Part shown: piece by piece, positions 25,401-36,547 of the stretch
Position numbering within the stretch: position 1 is the stretch's first letter
How the letters are laid out: the number at the start of each line of letters is the position of its first letter
Assembly: GCA_002633005.1 (NCBI GenBank)
Contig: NMRA01000039.1
Coordinates: 786,335-850,334 of the forward strand
Direction: 5' to 3'
Source: Phoronis australis
Taxonomy: Eukaryota; Animalia; Phoronida
DNA: 64,000 nucleotides
Made by a program: the position numbers and the translations under genes
The notes under the pieces: generated by a model
The model's input: the letters and a program-made list of their open reading frames with translations, nothing else
What the model was told of the DNA's origin: nothing
Database searches by the model: none

Positions 25401-28400
25401 AATACCCCATCAATAACAAACACAACTTCAAACCATACATTAAAGAGATCAGAACAAAAACGCTCGAGAAATGTCGTAAAATGCGATATTTTATAAAATA
25501 ACAGTGTCCTTAAGAGCATTAAAAAATATCGCGTTATTCCGTTATTCTGAAAGCGAAACTAACACTGGCTGAAAAACATAAATGTCCCATTTTTGGAAAA
25601 CTGTTCACAAAATTAGGATTATCATGGGACACATAACGGGACACAAGGGGTGTGCTGCGTAAAGGCAAGACACTCGCAAAGACTACGAGAAATTGTGGTT
25701 TATGGGACAGAAACAGTGAATTCTATCCCATAATTCATGAATTCAATCCCATAATTCAACACGCCAACCTCACCAACCAATCACTTCAGTGGTCGCCAGT
25801 TTTCTACAATATACTAGCGAGCACCTCAACACTCGTGAGACACTCGCCTTTCACGAGAACTTTTAAGTCTTGTATGATCTTGCTGTTTGGCAAGCTATAC
25901 TTGACAAAACATTAACGTGCAATGCGACTTTAAGTCCCGTACACACACAGTCTACCCTAGAACAACTTGTACCGGTACAACTTATCCCATTCTTGAGAGG
26001 AGCGTCCACACAAACATATCTGATAACTTGGGTAAGGCAGAAGTTGTCCCTCTGTGCATGACAGTAAAGACTTAAGGCGAGTACGGCACGCAAAAGAAAA
26101 CCCCTCTGTAACCGCAGCTGCTTTCTTCTGCCCTACACCACTTTTGCATCGACACAACGATTACAAGTTACCCTAGAACAAGTTATCCCACCTCGATGAT
26201 GTGGAGTTGTCACAAGTGGGTTAAGTGGCACTAGTTTAAATAGCGTCCAGACAGCACTCTAACCTCGCGACAACTCGTTCCAGGATTAACTTGTTCTAGG
26301 GCAAGTCTATGTGTGTGGACGGCATTAAAGACACTACGCCCAATTATAGTTCAGTCTTTTAAGAATTAAGACAATTTAACCCTGTAACCTGAAAAAAGGG
26401 AAGCTTAACTCAACAAGATTTTGATTACTTATTACCATTAGGCAATGCCATGCAATTAAATAGTTTTAATTTTAATGCAATACGTTATTTCGCCACCTAT
26501 AGCTAAATGGGCTGAAAACAACAGGAAAAACTCAGTTGAAAAACTCTAAAACATAAATCTGTTGATCATATCAGCAAAAATTACATATTTATACAAACGT
26601 TAGCTCAGAAAAATCTAAATTTCCAAATCTTTGTAAACTTTGTTAGGTCAAATCCTGAAGAAAATTGTGGTACTTGTTGATTATTTGTTTTAAATAATGT
26701 TCATGTACACTGTATTGTTTATAATTTCGTGTGACTTGTAAATATTAATGCTAGAACATAATAAAAAATTGAACATGACAAAACAACAAGAAAGACTCCC
26801 CGTCACTACATGTTGTACACCCCCACAGAGCGTGCTCAGCCTGGGTGCGTATGTTTGTCTGTGCTTACGTGCGGAATTCAGAACATCTGTCGCACAGACC
26901 ACAGTTCACTTTCAAATGGATAATCAATAAGTTTTAAGGCTATTCAGTCAGTGACATACGGCGGAAAAACGTGAGGCAGGCTTTACACTCATTGTAACGA
27001 GTATGGACAAGGGAAGTGGTTTTTCTGGTGTCCGGAACTTCTTTTGGAAATGTCTCAAACTTCCACTTGGGAAAACGAACGTACTTGAATTGGTATCAAG
27101 GTGTCTCTCAATCTCTTGTTCATATATTGGGAAACTACTGTCAGTTTCATGACACTTTCAAGTTAAAACAGTGCAAACACCTTGAACATGGTAATATGAA
27201 GCACAGCATCTTTTTTATTATTTGAATTTCTAATTTATTTTGTGAAAACTTTCAACAGAATTAAACGTCTAGAAAAATCTGACTCCGCCACCATCATGGT
27301 TTATGTTAGTCGGACATCCCAAAAAAACCAACATCACTAAACAAATCTTTGATAAAGTTTTGAGAACTTAGTGCCCACATATGGCATGCGAAGAGGCTGA
27401 AAGCCATCACATAAAAGAAAAATTATTCAACATATGAGACAGTGTCGACATGAAGGTAAACAACAAACTGTAAGGAGTGTCAATATAAAAATGAATGATA
27501 AAAATATGTTGCGCATTGATATAAAAATAAAACAAGATACTATTTCAACACGTGGTGCCAAAATCAGCGACAAATCGTTTTAAAATTCCTTTCAAACAGA
27601 AAGTAAAAGGTTTCCGATTCATTAGTAGTAAATTACACTGAACTATATTTTGTATTCACACGAGGAGTATCAGATAAATTACACTGAACTATATTTTGTA
27701 TTCACACGAGGAGTATCAGAAAGGCTCAGGAGGCTTGGACCACCCTTCCAGACAAGGCAAAACATTTTAGATTATAGCGAACATAAATGTTTATTAAGGG
27801 AAATTTTACAAAAATGTAGACTAGCCCAAAAAATGATGTAAAGCATTATAACTGGGAGTGAATGACATTGTATCTATCTCCCCCTATCAAAATAAGTTAT
27901 ACCTGCCAGTGATTCACATTGTGATTTATCTCCCCCTCACAAAATAACCTGTATCTGCCAGTGATTCACACTGTGATTTATCCCCCTCCTCCCAAATAGC
28001 CTATACCTGCCAGTGATTCCCATTCACACAATATTCCCTGTTCCTTTTGCAAGCATACACAAAATTAACCAAGATGTCCTAAAAGTACCTGGCAAATCTC
28101 TCGGTCTGCTAGCTTCCCTGCCTGCAGATGGCTCTCGCATCTTCTCCGCCTTCGCAGTACCCTGTGCAGGCTTTACGACATGACTCGCCGTCGCCCTGTC
28201 CTCGACTGACGACACAGCAGCGCCATCTAGTTGGGCCACAGGTGTCGCTGCTGTCGACACAGTTTTTAGAGCGACAGATGCTGCTGTCAAAGAAACGTCA
28301 GGAGTTTCACTCGTGGCCTGTGTGTTTTGTTGTTCAGTCTGCGAGTTTTCACGACTCCTCTGTGCATTGCCAACGTGTCGCGACTTGGACTTGTTAGACA

Positions 28401-31400
28401 CGTACTGATTGGTCCCTTCATTAGGCTTGCTCACACTCTGGGGATGATGTGCCACTCTCGACTGAGCTGGATCGGATTCAAGTTGCATAGGTTCTAAAAT
28501 AAAATCTTTTTATAGACGCAGGAGTAACAGAAATTTTTGAGTATTTAAGTCTCGCTCTGAAGCATGGATAACATGAAGAAATTGTTAAAGGAAGCATCGG
28601 CAATCTAAGGTTCATGAAACCTATAATGTGTACCGCGGAGAAAAACGTGGACTCACTCATGACACAACTCCACTCATTCATATACCTAAACATGGCCGCC
28701 AGAATTTGTCATCGCTTTAGGCACATTACTAATTATGAACAAATGAAGAGCCGTGGGTTAACCCAAAATACTTTGAAGGCTAAAAAAATCTTTTTCACCC
28801 CGTATTGAACTTTTTAGGACTGATATGTTACCTTTTTGACATAAATAAATAAATAAATAAATAAATACAAATACATATGCAGGGGTATTATTACTTCAAC
28901 TTTCTGGTCCTTAAAGGGACCTGCAAAATGTCAACTGAGATGTCACCGAACTTCTTTAATAGTAGTAGAGCTCCAAACAAAATGCAACCTACCTCTCACA
29001 ACAGGCCAAGGCTGCATGAGAGTAATGTGGATAGTAATGCGTATTCCCAAAAAAAAACCCATTGCTTTTGAAAAGAATGCCCTAGGACAGTTTTTGGTGG
29101 TGAAATCATGCCAGGAAATCAACGATTCCGAAAGAGCATCTCAGAAATATCATACTTAAAAACCTAAGGATTCGAAACACATTTACGACAATTACCAAAA
29201 CCATCAAAAACGAGTTTCAACTCGCCGAGGGCTTCAAAAGTTTCATTCCCAGTTCTCTAACAATTACCCACAACACTACAGCACATTCCTCAGCCACTTA
29301 CTCTGCTACTCCATGTCAAGTTGACTGCACTGACCTGCTACTACTTTATATTAAAAGTATTGTCTAAATAATAAGGAATTGGTGAATTTGGGGGCCTCCC
29401 CTCTGGACATAGCCAGAACAAAACACACCAGCGTACGGTAGACACCAAAAGTATTCAGACAAAATGGACTCAGGATACCCCGTCCTGATGGATAGGTGGA
29501 AGTCAAGTTCACCACCAGAGTAGTCTCCCCTGATGACCGAGAATGAAGGGGAATTAACTGGAAAGTGACTAAGCCATTCGGCCACAATGGTTATTACCAG
29601 TCAATTTTACAGTACATATAATCCACCATGAGCACGGGAAATGGTATTTTGTCCGATTACTTTTCTTTTGTACTGTACACGCCATCCTAATAGCAATAAG
29701 ATTTTACTACTGTGCATTGATTTACATAAACAACAAAAGGAAATTGGACAAATGTTAACACTCAATCATTTCTTTTGCTCCTCTCGACAATGCCATCAAT
29801 TAAGCGATGCATTTATCTACCTTCAACAAAGACAACCATGTAATAGGGCTCTCTCGGATTACATGGCGATAGCAGAACTTTAAAGAAACATTTACCGGAA
29901 TTTGAAGTTTGGGCAGCAGTTGTTTCCCCTGTGGACTGACCCGCAGCATTGGATGGCTGCATGGGCTTTTTCGTCTTCTTCTTCTTTTTATTGGTCGTCT
30001 GAAAAGGCAAGGGTCAAAGGTCAATAGACGTGGGGCCACAAAACGAGATCATTTCTTTATGAACCTCAACAACGGATAAACACTCAGTACAGTAATTCTT
30101 TACTTTTTCTAACAGAAATAAGTGCCATCAGTTGGGGCAAATTAGTTTCCTCTGAAGTTGGCAAGATTTTACCAAAAGTTCCACCTCTGACAACTGACTG
30201 TAGACCATCTAAATTACTCAAAACATGTCATTTGCCACAAGAACACCCCTGCAATGAAAATTTGGAAAAATAACTTACTTCTCTGAAACAGGTAAATTGG
30301 CTTTTAAAGTATTTTACAAACTGACCTACCCTTGTCAGAGAAGTGAGGGTAAGGCCAGGGGAAACAAAGTACTTGAAGGATGGCCTATGCAGTTACCTTT
30401 GAATGTTTATTAGTGCCGCCAACCTGAGCGTGATGCATAACTAAGATGACATAATAATTTGCTCCTGCCCTTTGTCACAGGTAATAATACTGCTCAAAAC
30501 AATGGCTAATTAATCTAGATTACATGCTTGTGTTAATGGCAAGAAAAGTAGTTTTTTGAATTCAGCCTCGGCGTAGAATCAAACCTGGAACCAGTGATCG
30601 CCGTCAACGCTCTGCAAGGTGAGCTAAAACCCACTTGCTAAATGGCTGAATATTTTAAGGTTATTTAACTGATATAGTTATTGGGCTCAGCTCGATTTCA
30701 GCAAACGTCTGCCAGGGAACACCGAGAATCGGTGATTTGTAATAAGATCACAAAAACATAACAGACCTTCTTGTTTTATAGCTCTGGTCAAAGTTAATAA
30801 CTCCAAGAAGTCTACCAAATTCAACAGTAATCCCCAAAATGTGTTTTTCAACCGTAACCGATAATGTACTTTTAACCAACGAGCTTAAAAAAGTTTGTGC
30901 CATGATTTCTTTGGTCAAAAATGGAGTTCAGAAGTTCTTTCAATTGAAACTGACAGAACGACTACACCGTTTTAAGGATAAGAGTAACAATGATTCTTAA
31001 AGGAGGCCATTCAAATCTAAAACAATGCTTGTGTCTAAGTACAAGTCCTGTATATTGGCTCTATCAGTGCTCTCCACAACAGAAAATTCAACCTCGCCGA
31101 AAATTACAAAATTCACATACGTGCCCGAGAGTCCATGTCCATATCGTGTGGAGTTTGTGTGTTATATCTTGGAATAAATGCATTGAAATAGCACCAAAAA
31201 TTCCAAAATGTCCTCATTTGCTTAAGAAATGACTTATCTCCCAATACTTTCAACTTGTTGCATAGGTTTTTAAACTCGACGCAAGTGAGCCAAACTGGTG
31301 ATGACAATATTCAAACTCCACGCAGTGACCAGCCAAAACAGGTTATGGAGAACACTGTGTCTAATATAAAACATTGGACAGTATTTCAAACACAATATGG

Positions 31401-34400
31401 CTGACAGGTGAAATATTAGTATTTTCTCATTTTCTTTACAACTGACACACAGTATGAGAATGACGCTTTGCCAAAGCTACCAACAGACAATATTTTTAAA
31501 ATTGTTGGCATTGACAAAAATATTAGCAGCCCTTGAAAGATGAAAAAAATGTAGTTTTCAGCAATTATTTTTGTCTGAAATTGTTAAGATTTTACCATAT
31601 CGACAATGCATAAACTGAGCACATACCCAATCCATTGCAAAGAGTTCAGAAATTGGAAGTGAAACAATGAACGTTCAATTCGTTCTGCGCACCAACAAAA
31701 AAGTTTGCTAGGACTTATCAACTGTTGTAAAAATGTCTAATCCAGAATTAATTTCTATCCCCACGTTTAAGCCTGATTTGCATATCACAGACTTTTGAGT
31801 AAAATAATTTTATCTTCATTAATTGTCAACGGTCAGTAAGCAAAAAATTGGAATGAGAACCAGTCGCCAGGTTAAAAGACGGGACACGATTTACACAGTT
31901 AACAAGTAAATTATGGGACAAATTTGTCACACTAGACTGGTACGGTATTCCAACTTGCTATAAATAATATTTGACATCACTAAATAGTTGTGCTCTGTAT
32001 AATTCTAATTGTTGCACTCAATTGAAAGCAACTTGAAAGTCCAAAAAATAGGCAACGGGTGCACTTGCACTTGTCACTTCAATACTATAATTCTTCGCTT
32101 ATTCAGCACAAAACATGGCAGACAAGGGGAATGTTTTCATTTTGCCAAAATGTTCAATTTAGTTTAGCCTGGTTTGTAGTGTGTATAGATTAAGAAACAA
32201 CATGTGTTTATGTTTCCAATATTTGCAGAGACATAATCAGCCTTGATCCATTTATTCATCAATTTCTACTTCCCAGTGTGTATGTTCCGCTTTTGTATGA
32301 ATGAATGAAAGCTCAGCTTGCAACCTATCAGTCAGATTAAAGCTAAGCTTTCAGTCAGTGCAGGGATGAGATGAACAAAACCTGATCTCTGCCTCAATAC
32401 ACACAAGTCAGGGCATCTGTCAATGACAGCTGTTCAAGGGGCAACACCTTTAAGTTGTATTGCTTTCCCAAATGATGCAAATCGATCGATCTGAAATTGA
32501 TCGCATGCGTAACACAGCACAATAACAGTCTCACAAACTAGTTTTAAACTTCCCAGAAGAACGGCAATTCTGCAATTATTTTGCAATATATTAAGTATAT
32601 TTCCTGATGATCAGGGTGTGTCAAATTAACTCAATATGCAGACTGTATGGTTGATGGGTGAGTCAACTTAACTGAGTGACCAAGCACTGACAATTGCCCA
32701 TGTGTGATTTTAACGAAGTGCTGCCAATGGGTTGCCAACATGATTCAATTAACAGTAATTTAATTACTTTACCCTGTTCCATCACTGGTCGGTGAAACAC
32801 CCTTTTGAGCATATGACTCTGAGTGATATAAAACTCATCAAGGTCAAACCTTTCACCTCATACTACAATAGCATGAGATATCTCATATTCCAATGGATCA
32901 ATTAAGCAGTGAAGATACAATGCTCAGACATAATCAAAATAGCCGAAGAGGTGTGTATTACTATAATTAATGAGAGGGCTTTGCAATGGAGCTTTCTGAA
33001 ATTGCAAAATTGACTGTGTAAATTGGGTGTGGCAAGAAATTCTCACCATTAGAACGCTCGTGCGAAATACATAAGTGAGGGATAAAATACTATTTTTCCA
33101 AATAATTTTGGGTGTATGAAATAAAGCGACTGTTCAAAACAAGTGGAGACTTACTGTACCTAGCATTTATCCATTTTATTCTCCCATATACGCAATGCCA
33201 CTGACACTGTCTTGTAAAATATGGCATGACACTGTAATCTTTTTGAGTGGAGATACGTAAGAAATCGAGATTTAGTTAGGACCAGATAATTTTCCACTTT
33301 TATTGGAAGCCAAAGCAAATGACACAAGAATACTATGGAAAAATGTCACCAATTTCAGAAAAAAATAATTGCCAAAAATTCCCGTTTTCATTTTTCAAGG
33401 GCTTCTAACATTGCTGTGAATGCCAGCAATTTTTCCAAAACTTTGTCCAATGGTAGCTGTGCTACAAAATTTCAGTATGAATGGTGTTACATTTAAACTT
33501 CACTTGTCGGCCATGTTGTTCGTCAAATGTACAGAATTTACCGTATTTAAACTGTGGTTTGATAATTAAATACCATCAAAATGTAACACCACTACCATGA
33601 CAACAAAATAAGTAAGCACCCAAAAATGTGAACGAATATTTTGGAGAACAATTCTTTTTTAAATGATGAAGATGGTGAAATTACAAACATGAGCATTATG
33701 CAGAAGTTTGCTCAGAGTCATTTGAAAATGCACGGATTACAGGTGATTCAATACAACACCGAGCATAATATAAAATACTCATAACAGAACGCGAAGTCTC
33801 TAATCTTTGTAAATGACCCAAACAACCACTTTAGACTGAAGTGGATGGAGTTTGAAAACTGACATCGTAGTGCCATGATGAGTTGGTGGAGATCGAGGCA
33901 CTACTGACCAATGAACTCCGGTGCTGTCTAATGGATGGGCATGAATAAGGCAGAATTTGATGTGTCATTGACCAATGAGATATTATGTTGCCTTGTTGGC
34001 AAACTAGATATAGGCAGTGTAAGATGCAATGCTGCCCAATGAGATGTCATCAACTACTTGATTGAAGAACATGACGAAAGTGAAGCTTGATCCAACACCA
34101 ACTAATGAGATATCAAATTAAGTTTCTGTCAAACTAGAGCTTGTCAAACTAGAGGTAGACGAGGACTGAAGCTCTATTGACCAATGAGATGACAAGCTGC
34201 CTGATTGACCGACATTTTTAAGTAGGCGGAGCTAGATCCACCGCCAACCAATACGAAGGAGCATTACCTTTGTGACGGACATGGACCGCCACTCCTGCAG
34301 CGCATCCTTGGCCCCGTCATCGAGAAATGCCTGTATTGTCCGCTCGACGCTGTGTTCATAGTATTGCAGCACTAGAATGATGTCCTTGTTGCTCTTACCC

Positions 34401-36547
34401 AGCACAACCTGGCGAACGGCTTGAACCTGTGGACAATACAGTACACTTGGTACATGACATACAATGTTCAGTTAGTAAAAAGATAACAATGTCATGTTAT
34501 CCAAGAAAAAACTGCTAAGCTACATTATAATGAGCGCTGTGTGATTTATTTATTATTTTTGATGTCAATGAGCACCTTCTAAAGCTAACTGTCATTATGC
34601 AATAAACTGTAAAATGAATGTTTTAAAAGCTGTAAATATCCCCAAATTTAATTAATAGTAAGAACTTGGTAATTGAATGATGTTCTTGAAACTACTGAGC
34701 CTGTCTGATATTTTGAAACAAACAAGACTGTCATAAAGAATATAAATAGTGTAGGAACATATCGGTTTACTTCTCCTTAATCAAAAAGACATGAAAAAAT
34801 CACCTGTTTTCTGGAGAAGTTTACCGAGTCCCACGTTGATGGAGAACTCGCATTAATTACCACATTTTTCAGTAGCCTCTCAAAGTAAACCTAACTCAGG
34901 AATTTTACAGTACCGAGTAAATGAAATACAGTTTTGACAGAACAGAAATGAAAACTGGATCCAAAACTGATGTGCTTGAGCAGACAGAGACATTGCAAGG
35001 CCTCGAGGAGAGGATTCAAGTAAATCCAAGACTTCATTTCTCATACCTACTATGTACCAACAACTGTGTGCGGACAACAAACCTCAACTCACACACTACA
35101 CATAGACCATTGAGTTATTTAACTTACAAAAAAATAAAATCTGCATGGCAGACAGCATGAAATGTCTTTACGGAAAGTCAAGACAAATCAACATAGGATT
35201 TCATTGAAATTTTAAACGTATATTAGTAGAAAATTGTTCGAAAATCAATAACAGACGAGACTGATTTCGAAGCTTTTGCAGACAGTAGAAAATTTCATTT
35301 GGCTAGGAATTTCAATTCAAATTGAAAAACACTCCGCACAGCCATGACATAAACGCAGACTTCCAGGTGGACAAATTACTTGTGACAGTTGATGGCTACC
35401 ACAGGACCACCAACAAAACAGCTGAACCCACAAACATTTCAATCAATCTGACAGGCTGCAGTAGTCCAGGGCAGCATTTTGTGAGTTTCTACTCTTATGC
35501 ACATATTTCGGCCCATATTTGAAATAATGAGTTTAATACACGCACCTGAACCAGTGCATTTTTTAACAAGATTTTTGTCCAAGTGTGTGCCTACACTTCT
35601 GGATGCAGACGGTATACTTTTGCCTTAAACTGGATGTTTCTGAGTGCACGTTTTCCTCCTGGATTTGTAAATTAACATTCTCATGGTTAAATTTCACCAG
35701 TTCAGAACAGAATAGGGTGTAGAATTGAAACTTTACATGGCTCTGACTCATCTGAGGAGAAAGATGCCTGTACCTTCTGAGGGGAATTTTTGGTTGAGGG
35801 GAAAATTCCCTGAAAATTGTTAAATATTCCTAATCTTAAATTAAAAGCATACCAATTTAAGACCCCATTCACCACCTAAGTGGAAATTTAATTTCTCTCT
35901 AGTCATAGTAGTACCAGAGCAATGCTCTACAGTTTTCTATCTCGGTAACATTGCAGCCATCAGACAATATTTTGAGACATTGTGGGCATTCTAAACACTT
36001 CCATTGAAAAGTGAGAAAAGGTACATTTTCGTGTTTATAATTGTCAAAAATTTGGTATTCTTATATATCGAATAAATAACTATATCAAAGCTTACAAAAT
36101 AGGTAAAGCCTGCAGCACACCAACTGATCTGATTCACCTCTACTCAACTACTACTGCAACATTAGTTGCATGACTCAAATGGTGATGCCTCAGCAAGATG
36201 ATGTTACAGCATTACGTAGGTTTATTATAGTCAGATTGTGGGTCATCGCGCACAACATGTTATGTGACTCATCATCAACTCAACTGTTGCATAGTGTGCG
36301 GCAAGCTTGAGAATCAGGAAAGATTAGCATTGAATGTCACTTGGGATACTGTCGAAGGTATTAGTATTAAATGCCACTTGGTATACTTCGGTAAACAGTT
36401 TTGCAACTGGAAAGCCAAAAATTAGGCAGTGTGCTCACGATATGAATTTTGTGTTGCCACTCACCAACTCCTTGATGCCATCCTGGCTCGGTGTCTGCGC
36501 CATGACCGCTCTCGTGCGAGTGTCAAACAGCAATGAATTGGACGAAT
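3624..36547 (-). CDS. SPATS2: SPATS2/SPATS2L-family gene (spermatogenesis-associated serine-rich 2-like, DUF1387 family); 13 coding exons found, first short coding exon not located
   Basis: Exons joined at GT-AG sites stay in frame: 2399 nt plus 1 upstream nt = 800 codons including stop. The translation recalls vertebrate SPATS2 motifs: [105 protein letters not shown]. Family assignment is from recalled sequences, not a database search. Confidence 0.9.
6943..6979 (-). CDS. SPATS2: Probable SPATS2-like 37-nt exon [12 protein letters not shown](G)
   Basis: tgtttcag acceptor and gtaaaa donor; phase 0 to 1 links the preceding exon to the terminal exon. No homology support. Confidence 0.5.
7870..8240 (-). 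mobile_element. tRNA-derived SINE-like element
   Basis: The minus strand starts ggaagcagttTGGCCTAGTATGATAAG...GTTCGAGTCCcactgggccac (Pol III A/B boxes) and continues into a non-tRNA body; the 3' limit is approximate. Confidence 0.6.
8350..8421. repeat. (TA)n/(TACA)n microsatellite
   Basis: Directly visible. Confidence 0.85.
12597..12697 (-). CDS. SPATS2: SPATS2-like exon [34 protein letters not shown] (boundaries ambiguous)
   Basis: Open helical-looking frame. In-phase acceptors at 12697 (aag), 12688 and 12685 (cag); donor gtaggc at 12596, or gtaagg 5 nt earlier. Confidence 0.65.
13485..13989. mobile_element. hAT-like MITE (~505 bp)
   Basis: TIRs CAGGGCTTGGAA / TTCCAAGCCCTG; GGACAA on both flanks (partial TSD); repeated GCGGAAA subterminal motifs. 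Confidence 0.75.
14090..14227 (-). CDS. SPATS2: SPATS2-like exon [33 protein letters not shown]..., 138 nt
   Basis: ttgcag acceptor and gtaaga donor; V.P.K..YS.R motif at the end of DUF1387, followed by a Ser-rich tract. Confidence 0.87.
14329..14655. repeat. Degenerate ~32-bp tandem repeat, about 10 copies (ggaattcactgtcataacagctgaccgccagt)
   Basis: Recurrent GGAATTC..GTCATAAC.GCTGACCGC units. Confidence 0.85.
14856..14877 (-). CDS. SPATS2: SPATS2-like 22-nt micro-exon EIKSFGE(V)
   Basis: ttttcag|GAAATCAAATCTTTTGGGGAAG|gtaagt; supplies the phase 0 to 1 change and the I..FGEV motif needed between the flanking exons. Confidence 0.85.
15731..15981. repeat. 36-bp minisatellite, about 6.5 near-identical copies (aataatgtgctctagcacactgttatgtacatctac)
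   Basis: Directly visible; it produces the repetitive ORFs 15750..16025 and 15775..15984. Confidence 0.95.
16787..17168. mobile_element. MITE with ~70-bp imperfect TIRs
   Basis: CCTGTTCAGCTGGCTAAAAACGAAAA...CTCGTACT mirrored by AGTACGAG...TTTTTGTTTTTAGCCAGCTAAACAGG. Confidence 0.7.
17585..17758. repeat. Imperfect foldback palindrome (~175 bp), MITE-like
   Basis: Arms cagctttaagtgcagg..ataaatgaaatgc..ttaa / ttaa..gcatttcatttat..cctgtgtttaaagctg around a central tgtaaatttaca. Confidence 0.7.
18200..18245 (-). ncRNA. Minimal type-I hammerhead ribozyme-like motif in the Penelope pLTR
   Basis: Minus strand gatcCTGATGAtgcctaatgaaaagacGAAAcgttgaat: CUGAUGA and GAAA core boxes around a short, slightly mismatched stem II, about 100 nt after the endonuclease stop, where PLE hammerheads are known to lie. 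Confidence 0.65.
18343..18669 (-). pseudogene. Penelope-type GIY-YIG endonuclease domain fragment (intact 108-codon frame)
   Basis: VVY...C..C...YVG, R..EH, H, E and N catalytic/Zn motifs are visible. Confidence 0.85.
19397..19477 (-). CDS. SPATS2: SPATS2-like exon [27 protein letters not shown], 81 nt
   Basis: tttcag acceptor and gtaagc donor; matches HFVSERKYDEELG..ARF. Confidence 0.92.
20922..21031 (-). CDS. SPATS2: SPATS2-like exon [37 protein letters not shown], 110 nt
   Basis: ttccag acceptor and gtatcg donor; matches the SPATS2 pattern EIL..RQKKAEELK...M.E.QL.ELRAEIK. Confidence 0.92.
23144..23332 (-). CDS. SPATS2: SPATS2-like exon, DUF1387 coiled coil [49 protein letters not shown]..., 189 nt
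   Basis: ttgtag acceptor and gtgagt donor; EKSVKDL motif of SPATS2. Confidence 0.92.
23992..24159 (-). CDS. SPATS2: SPATS2-like exon, His/Ser-repeat [36 protein letters not shown]..., 168 nt
   Basis: ttgcag acceptor and gtaagg donor; phase 1-1, in frame with neighbouring exons. Confidence 0.82.
25934..26324. mobile_element. Harbinger/Tourist-like MITE (~390 bp)
   Basis: taa|GTCCCGTACACACACAG..CCCTAGAACAA mirrored by TTGTTCTAGGG..GTGTGTGGACGGCA|ttaa; internal repeats of CCCTAGAACAAGTTATCCC. Confidence 0.7.
27628..27720. repeat. Exact 46-bp tandem duplication
   Basis: taaattacactgaactatattttgtattcacacgaggagtatcaga x2. Confidence 0.9.
27865..28023. repeat. ~54-bp tandem repeat x3, just 3' of an exon donor
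   Basis: tatctccccc..aaata....ta.ctgccagtgattc.cat recurs three times. Confidence 0.85.
28089..28493 (-). CDS. SPATS2: SPATS2-like exon, low-complexity S/T/A/Q linker, 405 nt
   Basis: ttttag acceptor and gtactt donor; phase 1-1; open frame (ORF 28024..28488) with raised GC content. Confidence 0.82.
29896..29998 (-). CDS. SPATS2: SPATS2-like exon [17 protein letters not shown]... (basic, NLS-like), 103 nt
   Basis: tttcag acceptor and gtaaat donor; a poly-K tract follows the LxEW motif as in vertebrate SPATS2. Confidence 0.88.
30560..30650 (-). mobile_element. Degenerate tRNA-derived SINE head
   Basis: Minus strand ...TAGCTCACCTTGCAGAGCGTTG...ccaGGTTTGATTCtacgccgaggc resembles A/B boxes. Confidence 0.45.
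33880..34255. repeat. Degenerate ~65-70-bp tandem repeat with recurring (A)CCAATGAGAT
   Basis: ccaatga/ctaatga motifs near 33908, 33972, 34037, 34102, 34181 and 34248. Confidence 0.65.
34268..34426 (-). CDS. SPATS2: SPATS2-like exon, conserved N-terminal UBA/CUE-like segment [53 protein letters not shown], 159 nt
   Basis: ccacag acceptor and gtaatg donor; close match to recalled SPATS2/2L AVRxVVPNKSNNEIxLVLQxFDxxVDKxVQAF...LKEW. Not in the ORF track. Confidence 0.93.
36465..36547 (-). CDS. SPATS2: SPATS2-like exon (D)[27 protein letters not shown], 83 nt, phase 1 to 0
   Basis: tttcag acceptor and gtgagt donor; resembles the human SPATS2 N-terminus DSSGFIFDLQSNTVLAQ...MKEK. Confidence 0.85.

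Noticed and set aside
36231-36277. Box C/D snoRNA on the minus strand (ATGATGA...CTGA)
   Set aside because: Only ~45 nt between the boxes and no terminal stem.
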